Below are positions 51,466 through 61,494 of a DNA stretch of 64,000 nt, piece by piece. Position 1 is the stretch's first letter. Each line of letters begins with the position of its first letter. Position numbers and translations under genes: made by a program. The stretch comes from Thermodesulfobacteriota bacterium (GTDB lineage Bacteria > Desulfobacterota > Desulfobulbia > Desulfobulbales > SURF-16). Where the stretch lies: contig JBFMAY010000008.1 of NCBI GenBank assembly GCA_040755455.1, positions 34,918-98,917 of the forward strand, in the 5' to 3' direction. The notes beneath the pieces were generated by a model, which was not told where the DNA came from, did not search any database, and saw only the letters and a program-made list of their open reading frames with translations.

Positions 51466-54400
51466 TTACTTCTCCAGGCTTGCCGCCGGGGTGTCCGGCG
51501 CGTTCACCTCGTTGACCGGCGCGTTTTCCTTGCCCATGGTGGCCGGGGGTGCCGTCGCCTGGGACGTTACCACAGGTTCGAGGCTCGGCAGCAGGAGACG
51601 GAGAATGCTCACCGGCAGAGAGCTGGTAAATTCGAAATCCGCGGCATCGGCACCGGGAACAAAGGCGGTGAGGGTGCCGTAAAAGCGGTCGCCGATGTAA
51701 AAAACAAAGGTGGCGGAGCGGTTGACCACCTTGGATTCTTTAATCGCGCCGCCGGCCCTGTAAGTCACATAGCGGTGATCGCCGGTTCCCGTCTTGCCGC
51801 CGATGGGGATCTCGACGCCATCCTTGCCCATCAGGGCGTGATTGATGCGGGACGCGGTGCCGTTCTGCACGATATCCCGCAGTACGCCGCGCACGGCCCG
51901 TGCCACCTCACTGGGAATCACCCTTTCACCAGCCGCCGGCTGCCGCTGCAGCAGCGTTTCGTAGGGGGTGCCCTCGGCAAAGTGCAGTGAGGTAACCAGG
52001 GCGGAAGGAGGCCGCACGCCGTCGTTGACCAGAATGGCCATCAGCTCGGCCAGGGCCGCGGGCCGGTCGGCCGAGGAACCGATGGAGGTGGCATAGGACG
52101 GCACCAGGGAGTTGAACGGATAGCCCAGCCGTTTCCAGTCCTTATGGATCTCCAGAAAGGCTTCCATTTCCACCAGGTTGCGGATGCGCCGGTCCTGGGC
52201 GTTTTTCCGGTTGGTGCGCATCAGCCAGCTGTAGACCTCGAGCCGCTCTTTTTGGCTGGCCGCCACGATATTGTCCCAGTTGGTCTGGGGATGGGTGGAG
52301 ATATAGCGGGCCAGCCACAGTTCAAGGGGATGCACCTGGGCGATATAGCCCTGATCCGCCAGGGAGAATTTGTCCGGCCCGAACTGGTCATAATACTTCT
52401 TCAGGGTCTCGGTTCCTGTTTCCTTGAAGGTGGGCAGGTGTTTTTCCATGAAGGCGGTGAACTCCTCAAGTGTCCCCTCGGGAAAGAGATAGCGGTGAAT
52501 GCCCGCCAGTCGGCGCGGGGTCGCCCTGAAGTCGGTCAGCATGGTTTCCAGAATCTGCTTTGCCGTTTTTCCCTTGTACTTATGATAGAAACGGAGCATG
52601 AACACCTTGCTTTCCTGATCGGCAAAGCGTTCCAGATATTGTTTGCGGACGGGATTGTCCATGTCCTCCAGGACCCGGGCGGCAGAACCCGGTACCTGCA
52701 GCATGTAATGATGGGCGATGTCGCGCATCAGGCGGATGAACACCAGGTTGACCGAGTGGCGCATGGCCATTTTCACCGACATGATGCTATCGTCGTCTTT
52801 ACTGCTGAAGTTTGAGAAGGTGTGCCTGCCGCCCCCTGTGTAGAAAGTCTCTTTGGGGCTGGCCGAATACTCGCGTTCCAGGGCGGCATCGAGCATCGCC
52901 TCCAGGCTGCGGTCGCCGGCCGTCAGCAGATAGTCCGCCGCCCAGCGGGAGAGCCGGTCCCTGGGGCTGATTTCCAGGGCGCGCATGCCCTGTGCGTCCA
53001 GGTGGGCGTATTTTTCGTGCAGCCGGGCAATGATCTCCAGATACGTGACCAGGGTGCGCAGCTTGGCGGTGGAGCCCAGATCCAGTTTGGTGCCGAGATT
53101 GATGTCAAAGGGCTGGTCGAGATTGTCCGCCTGCACCCGGGTCATGGCGCCATAGGGGCCAAGCTCATAGAGGTTGAAGCTGTAAATGACCTTGGCCGGG
53201 TCGCCCCGGGACAGCATGCGCTGCACGGTCAGGCCGTTCTGCTGCAAAAATTCCGGATCCTTCAGTTTCACCAGCAAATCCGTCACCGCTTTCTGGGACT
53301 GTCTGTGCAGGGTGCTCGCCACGGTCAGATCCAGGCGGTCCAGATCATAGAAACGCTGCATGCCCAGCATTTCGACGAGCTGCAGGCGTGCCGCGTTGGA
53401 GGCCTTGCGGCTGATGAACGAACTGGTATCCTGGGGCGGGCGTTCCGTGCCGAAATGGAGTTTTACCTTCAATGCCTCGTCCCGCAGCGCCTGGCTGATG
53501 ATGCCCTCCTTGGCCAGCAGCCGCAGGTGGGCGTTGGTCTGGTTTTCCAGCAGGGAGGGGTCGGCCAGCAGAAAACCGGACGGCCTGCGCTGGGCGACAA
53601 CCAGGCTCAAGGCGTGCTTGAACATCCAGGCCTTGTCCATCAGCCCCGGTCCGCTTTCCGCCGCATTCAGCCCCTGGTTGAATGCGGCAAAGTCCACCCC
53701 GTACCAGGCCCACATGCCGTCGCCCATGCCGTTGATCTCGCCGAGCCCGCCGGCGGCCGACAGCGGCACGGTGTTGAGGTATTCGTAAACGATGCGGTGG
53801 CGCGCCTTGACCGTGTTTTCCCCGTCCAGATAGACCCGCAGGGAGGCGGAGGCCATCTGGCGCAGTTTGTCGGCCACGTCGCGGGTCATGCCGTCGGGAG
53901 AATGACGGTATTTCTCAATTTGGGTGGCCAGGGTGCTGCCGCCGGGCACATCGTGCGCCGGCTTGAAAAACTGGATGGCGCGGTCCGCTGCCGCCTTGAC
54001 CAGCCGGTCCCATTCGATGGCCGGGTTACGGGTCGGGTAGCGGAAATTGAGAAGCTCGCGGTTTTCAATGAACAGCAGGCTGTCAACCAGCACCGGCGGG
54101 ATGTCGGTATAATCCCGGTAAACACGTTCCGGAAAACGGACTGAATAGATCATCTCGTTGTTGCCGCCCAGGATCGTCAGGCCGGCCTGCACCTTCTCAT
54201 GATAGGTGGGGAACAGACCCCATTGGCTCAACTCGTGCATGCGGGGCGAAATACGCGCCTGGCGTTCGATGCTGAACCCTCTGCCAGTCAACTCCTTGAG
54301 AAAATCGGGCAGCCGGGTGTAACCCATGCGGGCATCGTAGGTGCCGTATGCCGGATAACAGGTGAGCGGACTGGGGCCTTCCTCCACCTTAAAGAAAAGC

Positions 54401-54576
54401 TCGTTGACAAACTTGGTCAGATATCTGGCCTGGTAGCGGGAGGAGGGGAGTTCCAGGTAGAGAAATGCCGCCACCGATCCGGTGACCAGCAGGACGAGAA
54501 TCAGGATGGTGAGCAGAAAGGCCCGGAGAACGGGTCTTTTTTTTATGCGGTGCTGATGGGGGTGAGATACGAACAT
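51466..54576 (-). CDS. Large bifunctional transglycosylase/transpeptidase (class A PBP-like)
   Basis: FIENR, GGSTLATQIEK (GT51); STAK, SVN and KTGT transpeptidase motifs; N-terminal TM. Confidence 0.88.
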   Translation of the reverse strand: MFVSHPHQHRIKKRPVLRAFLLTILILVLLVTGSVAAFLYLELPSSRYQARYLTKFVNELFFKVEEGPSPLTCYPAYGTYDARMGYTRLPDFLKELTGRGFSIERQARISPRMHELSQWGLFPTYHEKVQAGLTILGGNNEMIYSVRFPERVYRDYTDIPPVLVDSLLFIENRELLNFRYPTRNPAIEWDRLVKAAADRAIQFFKPAHDVPGGSTLATQIEKYRHSPDGMTRDVADKLRQMASASLRVYLDGENTVKARHRIVYEYLNTVPLSAAGGLGEINGMGDGMWAWYGVDFAAFNQGLNAAESGPGLMDKAWMFKHALSLVVAQRRPSGFLLADPSLLENQTNAHLRLLAKEGIISQALRDEALKVKLHFGTERPPQDTSSFISRKASNAARLQLVEMLGMQRFYDLDRLDLTVASTLHRQSQKAVTDLLVKLKDPEFLQQNGLTVQRMLSRGDPAKVIYSFNLYELGPYGAMTRVQADNLDQPFDINLGTKLDLGSTAKLRTLVTYLEIIARLHEKYAHLDAQGMRALEISPRDRLSRWAADYLLTAGDRSLEAMLDAALEREYSASPKETFYTGGGRHTFSNFSSKDDDSIMSVKMAMRHSVNLVFIRLMRDIAHHYMLQVPGSAARVLEDMDNPVRKQYLERFADQESKVFMLRFYHKYKGKTAKQILETMLTDFRATPRRLAGIHRYLFPEGTLEEFTAFMEKHLPTFKETGTETLKKYYDQFGPDKFSLADQGYIAQVHPLELWLARYISTHPQTNWDNIVAASQKERLEVYSWLMRTNRKNAQDRRIRNLVEMEAFLEIHKDWKRLGYPFNSLVPSYATSIGSSADRPAALAELMAILVNDGVRPPSALVTSLHFAEGTPYETLLQRQPAAGERVIPSEVARAVRGVLRDIVQNGTASRINHALMGKDGVEIPIGGKTGTGDHRYVTYRAGGAIKESKVVNRSATFVFYIGDRFYGTLTAFVPGADAADFEFTSSLPVSILRLLLPSLEPVVTSQATAPPATMGKENAPVNEVNAPDTPAASLEK

Positions 54577-55180
54577 TTATCGTTATTTGCTTAATTTTCC
54601 GGCGCGGGCTGCGGTCATGCCCGGTTGCTTGCGGGCCATTTATCCTGCTGGGATTGTCATGTTCAGCGGTCCGGTTTGTGATGGATGGCAACTCCGCAGG
54701 CTGGCACGGTGTCTCCAGCCTTGCCGGCATTGGTTTGATTCCGCCTTCAAGGGGCAGGAGCAGATGAAAAGGTCGTCATGTTACTCGTGCTGTTAATTAG
54801 TAAAAAGGGACTGCGCGGTCCAACGGCACAGCTTATTCCTCTGTACAGTTGTTAAGTGTTTAGAATACCAGACATTGCCGATTAAAACAAAAAAGATTTT
54901 CGGCATAATGATTTTTTTGCCGACAGGCGCTGATTTACCCTCAATCTCTCCGCCGGATCATTGCCCCGCCGCTCCGGGATATTTCGCCCTGTTTCGCCAT
55001 ATCTGTAACAACCATAGGTAACATCGATACGTAACATCTTTCAGCCAGGCCTCTTCCCGCCTGACATGCCCTGGAATAGTAGTCTCCTTCATTCCCGTTA
55101 TCCGCTGATTTTTCCGGCGAGGCTGCCCCCTGTTACAGGTCCTTCGCGCCGGGCGTTAAAATATGGCGGTCATGTTTTTA

Positions 55181-55236
55181 TAACTATTTGATATTAAAGC
55201 TGTTATTCATTTGTTTTCCGGTGGTACGGATTTTGA
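55181..55236 (+). promoter_or_regulatory. IHF-like site plus variant sigma54 promoter
   Basis: Minus-strand TATCAA-ATAG-TTA at 55181-55193; TGGTACG-GATT-TTGA at 55222-55236 (GA instead of GC at -12). Confidence 0.45.
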
Positions 55237-55493
55237 ATTTATCTGACTTTACCAATGTGTGCCGGGCCGGCAGGGCTCGGTCGGGAATGGGAGAAAAGTG
55301 ATAACAGAAAAGGGAAAAGGAGAAGGAAATGCGGAATGAGGGCGGGACATGAGGAGATAGGGACGGCCAGACAGTTGAGGTTGGCGCCGGTTTCTTTGGC
55401 GTTTTCGCGGATGAAGGCAGGGGGGCAACCGCCTCCTTGCTCTGTTAACCGGGATCGCGGCATTTACTTTAAAGAAAAAAAGGAATCTAAAAG

Positions 55494-58253
55494 ATGAAAT
55501 TACAGGATATCATGAAAAGTGCGAAGATTCGCTATGATGAGAGAACAAGACTTCCCAGGAAAATTGATTGCCGGGTGGCTGTATCGCAGGAGGATACACC
55601 TGAGAAGGCGGCGCTTGGGCTGCTTACGGTGTTGAGCGGCACGCTGCGTCTGTCAACCGATAGAAAGGACCTGCAGGTCACGCAGAGCAAGACCACCTCC
55701 ACCGGCAGTTATGTCCGCTTCCAGCAGTTCATTGACGGGGTGCCGGTGGTGGGCGGCGAGGTGATCGTCCACACCGACCGGGCCGGTTTTGTCCGGCGGA
55801 TCAATGCCGGTCATCAGCCCCGGGAGTCGGTCGTCACCACGGCCAGGGAGGAAAAGATAGCGGCGGCCGAGGCCGAGAAGATCATGCGCGAGGCCGTGGG
55901 CGAGCCCTTCACCATCAGGCCGAAGGGGAAACTCAGCACCGACAGGGTCTATTTCCGCGCCAAGGACGGTCTGAGGCTGGCCTGGCTTATCACGGCCAAC
56001 ACCCTGCAGCCGCCCCATGACTGGTTCGTCTATGTGGATGCGGCAACCGGCGCCGTGCTGGCCCTGGAGGACCGCATCATGTTCATTGACGGCCAGGGCA
56101 TGGTCTTTAACCCGAGCCCGGTGGTCACCATGAATGACAATACCATCCGGGAAGGCATCACCCCGGAGGCCACCTTGAATGGCGAGCGGCAGAGCGTGGT
56201 GCTGCGCGATATCACCGGGCCGGTGGGCGGCAACTATACCCTCAGCGGCCCTTTCTGCAATATCGTCAATCTTGCCGACCCCAATATCGGCATTCCAGCG
56301 GAAAACAGCGCCGCGGGCTTCAATTACGATCGCACGGCTGATAATTTCGAGGCGGTCAATGTCTATTTTCACATCGATTCTCTGCAGCGTTATATCCAAA
56401 ACACCCTGGACATCAATGATGCCAACAATCGGACCATCGACGCTGACCCCCATGACAACAGCATGAATGCCGCGTGGTATTCCCCCGGCACCAAGGATCT
56501 GCATTTCTCCGATTCCGGCCCCACCCAGCCGGACCGGGCCGAGGATTCGGACTGCATGGTCCATGAGTACGGCCATGCCATTCAGGATGACATGGTGCCG
56601 GGCTGGGGCGCGCCGGTGCCGGGCACGACCCGCTATGAAAGCCGGGCCATCGGCGAGGGCTTCGGCGATATGATGGCCGTGCTCTACAATATCCTGCACG
56701 GCAACGGCTACCAGCGGCAGGTCATGGAGGACTGGGTCTTTGTCCATAATAATCTGGGCGACGGCCTTCGGGGGCTGCGCCGGGTCGACCATGACAAGCT
56801 CTATTCCGCCTTTTCAACCAGCGCCTCATTTTACTCCAACAGCGAGATCTGGGCCGGGGCACTGTGGAATATTTTCCTGGCCATGGGCGGTGATTCGCCC
56901 ACCGTGGCCGACTGGGAGGAGCCCCGGGACATCCTGCTCAAGGCCATGATCGCCAGCCACCGGCTGCTCACCGCCAGCGCCTCCATGCCCGATGCGGCAG
57001 AGGCCCTGATGAACACCCATGAGGAGCTGGAGGATCAATGCGGCCGGCAGCTCCTCGCCATGATCGACGAATTCCATGACCGGGAAATCCTTGACTGCCA
57101 AACCGGCTCCGATATCCGGCTGACCGGTCTGTGGTCCCAGCAGGATAACAGCAGCATCAGAAGCTGGGAGCAGGTGGAGTATGGCCAGGACAACTGGTTT
57201 TACGCGGTGATCACCAACCAGGGCACCGTTGCCGCCCGCTCGCTGGTGGTGAATTTCAGCTTCAAGTCCCCTTTCTCCACCCCGGTCTATCCGGCGGATT
57301 TCCGCGACAATATCATCAGCGCCGTGGCGGAATTCGACCTGGATGCCGGCGAGACACGCACCATCTGGGGACGCTGGGACAAGGATTATATCCCGGCCAT
57401 CCCCGCCGGCCAGACGTCGCTGCACGGCTGCATCATGGCGGAAATCTATAATCCCGTGGACCATGTGCCGGCCGGGGCGACCAGCATCGGCGCAAGCAAC
57501 GGCAAGCTGCGCCAGTGCAACACCACCATTATCGATCTGCTGCCCGATGAGGCGGCAGATTTCCAGTTCACCATCAGCAATTTCCATATCAAGAAAGAGC
57601 GGCTGGTGCGGCTTGAGGTGATCCGGCCCGAGCGCTGGCCCAGGCTGCAGGTAATTTTTTCCCACCATAACGCCTCGGTCATCGAGGAACTGCTGCAGCA
57701 GGCCCAGCAGCTGGTGGTGAAGCCTCTTGCCGCCCAGCAGGATATGCTTGCCGAGGGCCAGCCCGCGGTGCGCTTCCTGGAGGCGACCCGGGTCGAGGTG
57801 GAGGGCGGCAAGGGGGGTGAGCAGATCGTGCTGAATCTTGCCCCGGATTCCACCATGATGCTCAAGAAAACCGAGCCCGCCGCCCAGTCTGCCGCGACCA
57901 GGAGCGAATTCACCCGCTGTGACGCCGTGCTGGCCAAACAGAAGCAGGGCAGGGCCCTGACGCTGAAACCGGGCATCCGCGCGGGTTTTGTCTACACCAT
58001 GAAACCGCACCAGCGCCGGACCCTGAAGGTCACGGTCAAGGCCCCGGCGGACGCCAAACCGGGCGAGGAGTTCACCGTGGAATTCGTGCAGCGCAATGCC
58101 AAGGGTGACTTCATCGGCGGCTTTGATGTGCATGTCCGGGTGGTTGAGAAAAAATCGCCCCGCGTGGTGAAAGAGCCGGTGATCAGGGAGAAGGTGGAGG
58201 TTACGGTGAAGACCGCGGCGGTCAGAAAAAAAACGGTGCGCAAACGATCATAA
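55494..58253 (+). CDS. M36/M4-like zinc metalloprotease with FTP/PepSY-like propeptide and C-terminal beta domains
   Basis: YVRFQQFIDGVPV propeptide, YVDAATG, HEYGH, AIGEGFGD; no evident signal peptide. Confidence 0.85.
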   Translation: MKLQDIMKSAKIRYDERTRLPRKIDCRVAVSQEDTPEKAALGLLTVLSGTLRLSTDRKDLQVTQSKTTSTGSYVRFQQFIDGVPVVGGEVIVHTDRAGFVRRINAGHQPRESVVTTAREEKIAAAEAEKIMREAVGEPFTIRPKGKLSTDRVYFRAKDGLRLAWLITANTLQPPHDWFVYVDAATGAVLALEDRIMFIDGQGMVFNPSPVVTMNDNTIREGITPEATLNGERQSVVLRDITGPVGGNYTLSGPFCNIVNLADPNIGIPAENSAAGFNYDRTADNFEAVNVYFHIDSLQRYIQNTLDINDANNRTIDADPHDNSMNAAWYSPGTKDLHFSDSGPTQPDRAEDSDCMVHEYGHAIQDDMVPGWGAPVPGTTRYESRAIGEGFGDMMAVLYNILHGNGYQRQVMEDWVFVHNNLGDGLRGLRRVDHDKLYSAFSTSASFYSNSEIWAGALWNIFLAMGGDSPTVADWEEPRDILLKAMIASHRLLTASASMPDAAEALMNTHEELEDQCGRQLLAMIDEFHDREILDCQTGSDIRLTGLWSQQDNSSIRSWEQVEYGQDNWFYAVITNQGTVAARSLVVNFSFKSPFSTPVYPADFRDNIISAVAEFDLDAGETRTIWGRWDKDYIPAIPAGQTSLHGCIMAEIYNPVDHVPAGATSIGASNGKLRQCNTTIIDLLPDEAADFQFTISNFHIKKERLVRLEVIRPERWPRLQVIFSHHNASVIEELLQQAQQLVVKPLAAQQDMLAEGQPAVRFLEATRVEVEGGKGGEQIVLNLAPDSTMMLKKTEPAAQSAATRSEFTRCDAVLAKQKQGRALTLKPGIRAGFVYTMKPHQRRTLKVTVKAPADAKPGEEFTVEFVQRNAKGDFIGGFDVHVRVVEKKSPRVVKEPVIREKVEVTVKTAAVRKKTVRKRS

Positions 58254-58269
58254 GCGCTTGACTGAAGGT

Positions 58270-58303
58270 GCGGAGGTTCCGGCTGCGCAGCCGGAACCTC
58301 CGC
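58270..58303. repeat. Perfect 34-bp palindrome between the two protease genes
   Basis: GCGGAGGTTCCGGCTGC|GCAGCCGGAACCTCCGC. Confidence 0.9.
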
Positions 58304-58365
58304 CTGTTGCCGCCCTGGGCAAGCTGCGCTGACCATAAGCTATCAAATGATGAGAGAGAAAAATT

Positions 58366-61158
58366 ATGACTGCCGCTGTTGTTCCCGCCACCCTGTTTTT
58401 TGATCTGGGCGATACCCTGATCTTTGATGACAACAACCAGGACCGTCTCTATGCCGACTGCCTTGACACCCTGCAGATCCTGCAGCAGCGGGGCTACCGC
58501 CTGGGCCTGATTTCAAACCAGGCGGCCGGCACCACCATGAATCAGGTTCTGGCCCGGCTGGCCGGTCTCGGCCTGCTCAAATATATCGAGGCGGAGCTGG
58601 TGACCATCTCCACCGAGATTGCCGGCAACGTGGGCAAACCCGCTCAGCCGATCTTCGATCTGGCCCTGGACAAGGCCGGCCATGATACGGCCGGGGCGCG
58701 GAGTATCTTCGTCACCGAGACGGCAAGTCATATCGTTGCGGCGCGGGGCTATGGCTGGCGCGCCATCCTGAAACGCAACAGCGGCGCCTGCCAGCCGGCC
58801 GACGGCGAGTGCGTCGCGGGGCTTGCCGGTCTGCTTGGTCTTCTTCCGCCCCTGGGCGCGGTGGCCGGCACCAATCTGCATCTGGCCCCCCGGCCGAAGG
58901 TGGTTGACGGCCTGTGGGCCGTGCCAATGGACATCAGCCGCATCACCGCGACCCTGAGCTTTGACGGGGCCACCTCATCCGGCACCGGCAGCGCCCTGCT
59001 GGAGTTCAAGATGGGCAGGCACAGCGGCAACCCGATCTTTGATCTCAGGCAGACCATCACCGGCCTCTCGCTGGATGGGGAGGCAATCGCCGTTGACCAA
59101 GCCGCGCAGCATGATTTCGGCGGCGGCACCAGCGCCGGGCTGCGGGTGCTGGAGAGGGTGCTTGAAGCAGGAACAAGCCACGAGCTGCAGATAACCTACA
59201 GCCTGGGTCCGCCCCAGGCCTCAGGGGCCGGCTCCTACCTGCCGCAGCTCATCTGGTCGGCCGGGCCGCGGCTGACCTTTAATTTCGGCTTTACCGATCT
59301 TGGTCCGGGCCGCTATCTGGAGGCATGGGTGCCGGCCAATCTCATCTTTGACCAGTTCAAACTGCTCCTCACCCTGCGGGTCGTCAACACGGCGGTAGCC
59401 CATAGCCTGATCACCAACGGCCGCGTCACCACCCTGGGCGTTAATCACTGGCAGGCCGTTTTCCCGGCCGGGATCACCGCCTTTTCCCCGCTGGTGGAAC
59501 TGCGGCCCGCTGATTCATTGACATCCCTGACGGATAGCGTGGTGCTGCCGGGTTCAGCGGCCACGGTCACCATCGAGGCCTGGAAAACCTTGACCAACAC
59601 CGCAAACCTCGCCAACCAGGTGAATAGTCTCAAGAATTATCTCGCCGAAAATGAAACAGCCATCGGCCCCTATCTGCACGGCAACCGCTTTGTCGCCTTT
59701 ATCCACCAGGGCGGCATGGAATATGACGGCGCCACCACCACCGGCCAGGCGGCCCTGCGGCACGAGACCTATCACAGCTGGTGGGGCCGGGGCCTGAAAC
59801 CGGCCAGCCAGCCGGATGCCTGGCTGGATGAGGGATGGACTTCCTATCAGATCGATAGCGGCCCGGTGAGCGTGCCCTTTGATTTCGCCGCGACGCCGGT
59901 GGAGCTTTGCCCGCAAAATCCCTGGGTGCGCAAGACCGCCGGGCTGTCTTACAGCAGCGGCACAACGTTCTGGCGGGGCATGGCCGGTTTGGCCGGCACC
60001 ACGGTCCTCGACGCGCTGATGAAGGACTTCTACGCCCAGCGGGACGGCAGGCCGGTACGGACCGCAGCTGTTGAGGAATTTTTGCTGGCCAGGATGGGCG
60101 ACCCGTTGATCGTTGATGCCTTTCACCGTTTCGTCTACGGTTTTGCCGATCCATCGCCTGCCCCCGATGTCTGGCTGCGCGACGATTTCAGCCATAGCGG
60201 CACCGAGCAGTGGGCCGCCGGTTCCTTCTGGAACTCGCCGGATCTGTGGGTGCGCAACAGCGAGGACGATCTGCTCAGCCATCAGAACCCGGTGGCCGGG
60301 CGGGACAATTGGATTTACGCCAGGGTCCGCAACCTGAGCGGCACCACCAGGGCGGATCATTTTAGTGTGGCCTTCAACGTCAAGCCCTATGCCGGGGTTG
60401 AGTTCGTCTATCCCCAGGATTTTCTGCCGGCCACGGTTGCCGCCACGGGCTTTGATCTGGCCCCCGGTGCATCGGTCATTGTCAAGGCACGCTGGCCGGG
60501 GGCCCTGGTGCCGCTGGCCGGCACCCACTCCTGCCTGCTGGCCTCGGTTTTCTCCCGCTCAAATCACCCATTGCCCAACAAGCATGTCTGGGAACAGAAT
60601 GCCCTGGCCCAGAAAAACCTGACCATCATCGCCGCCCAGCCGGATAGCTGGATCGTCCTGCCCTTTGTCGTGGCCAACCGCTGGGCCAGCGCCAGCCTCA
60701 AGTACACCCTGGAACTGGTGCGCATGAGAAAGGATGCGAACCTCAAGGCGGAACTCATCTACCTCCGTTCGCTGGACACCTCGAGGCATGCCTTAAAAAA
60801 GATCACCAAACCCCTGCCCGAGCCGGACATCGGCGAGGTTGCGGAGCTGCTTGCCCGCCGGCAGGCGGATGCGGCAACAACCGGCACGGCGCGCATCCGC
60901 CATGAGATCATCACCTCGGCCAACCCGGCCAACCTCGATCTGCTCTTTCCGGGGTACAAGGTGCAGCCCTTTGCCCAGAGCCGGGAGGCCCGCCTCTCGC
61001 TGATCCTGGCCCCGCAGCAGCACCGGTTGCTGGGCCTGCGCGTCTACGTGCCTCAGGAGGCGAAAAAGGGCGAGGTCATCCACGTCAACCTGGTGAAACG
61101 CAGCGTGAAGACGAAAAAGGTCATGGGCGGGATTGCCTTGGAGATTCAGGTCACGTGA
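58366..61158 (+). CDS. HAD-like domain fused to an M1-like zinc aminopeptidase with C-terminal beta domains
   Basis: LFFDLGDTL, ISN, GKP..IF (HAD); GGMEY and HETYH-X18-E (WLDEG). Confidence 0.82.
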   Translation: MTAAVVPATLFFDLGDTLIFDDNNQDRLYADCLDTLQILQQRGYRLGLISNQAAGTTMNQVLARLAGLGLLKYIEAELVTISTEIAGNVGKPAQPIFDLALDKAGHDTAGARSIFVTETASHIVAARGYGWRAILKRNSGACQPADGECVAGLAGLLGLLPPLGAVAGTNLHLAPRPKVVDGLWAVPMDISRITATLSFDGATSSGTGSALLEFKMGRHSGNPIFDLRQTITGLSLDGEAIAVDQAAQHDFGGGTSAGLRVLERVLEAGTSHELQITYSLGPPQASGAGSYLPQLIWSAGPRLTFNFGFTDLGPGRYLEAWVPANLIFDQFKLLLTLRVVNTAVAHSLITNGRVTTLGVNHWQAVFPAGITAFSPLVELRPADSLTSLTDSVVLPGSAATVTIEAWKTLTNTANLANQVNSLKNYLAENETAIGPYLHGNRFVAFIHQGGMEYDGATTTGQAALRHETYHSWWGRGLKPASQPDAWLDEGWTSYQIDSGPVSVPFDFAATPVELCPQNPWVRKTAGLSYSSGTTFWRGMAGLAGTTVLDALMKDFYAQRDGRPVRTAAVEEFLLARMGDPLIVDAFHRFVYGFADPSPAPDVWLRDDFSHSGTEQWAAGSFWNSPDLWVRNSEDDLLSHQNPVAGRDNWIYARVRNLSGTTRADHFSVAFNVKPYAGVEFVYPQDFLPATVAATGFDLAPGASVIVKARWPGALVPLAGTHSCLLASVFSRSNHPLPNKHVWEQNALAQKNLTIIAAQPDSWIVLPFVVANRWASASLKYTLELVRMRKDANLKAELIYLRSLDTSRHALKKITKPLPEPDIGEVAELLARRQADAATTGTARIRHEIITSANPANLDLLFPGYKVQPFAQSREARLSLILAPQQHRLLGLRVYVPQEAKKGEVIHVNLVKRSVKTKKVMGGIALEIQVT

Positions 61159-61203
61159 GGGGTGAGGGGAGCGGGGGATGGTCCGGGCGTGATCCCGTCA
61201 TTG

Positions 61204-61248
61204 TCAATGGGATGGACCCAGTCCGCAGGTGTCGAGCAGCCAGCTCAT
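61204..61248 (-). pseudogene. vapC (PIN toxin) remnant, 14 codons
   Basis: MSWLLDTC, a typical PIN N-terminus, starts in an ATGA overlap with the antitoxin stop and then terminates. Confidence 0.65.
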
Positions 61249-61460
61249 AGTTCGATGTCGTCGATGGCAAGCTCCGGGCGCAGCAGCGCGCTGGAGAGCT
61301 TGCCCCGCCGGCGGGTGAGCCGGGCGTATTCCTCCACCGAAACCACCACCGCCATGGGCCTGCCATGCACCGTCACCACCTGGGCCTCGCCGCTCGCCGC
61401 CCGTTTGATGAGCTGGCTCAGGTTGACCTTTGCTTCCCGCAGTTGCCATTGACTGTGCAT
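61245..61460 (-). CDS. Phd/YefM-family antitoxin
   Basis: WQLREAKVNLSQLI, QVVTVHGRPMAVVVSVEEY; GGAGG RBS. Confidence 0.9.
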   Translation of the reverse strand: MHSQWQLREAKVNLSQLIKRAASGEAQVVTVHGRPMAVVVSVEEYARLTRRRGKLSSALLRPELAIDDIEL

Positions 61461-61472
61461 GTTCCCACCTCC

Positions 61473-61494
61473 ATATTCTGTCTGGTCAGAATAT
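61473..61494. promoter_or_regulatory. Operator palindrome for the antitoxin
   Basis: ATATTCTG-N6-CAGAATAT directly upstream of the RBS. Confidence 0.7.
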
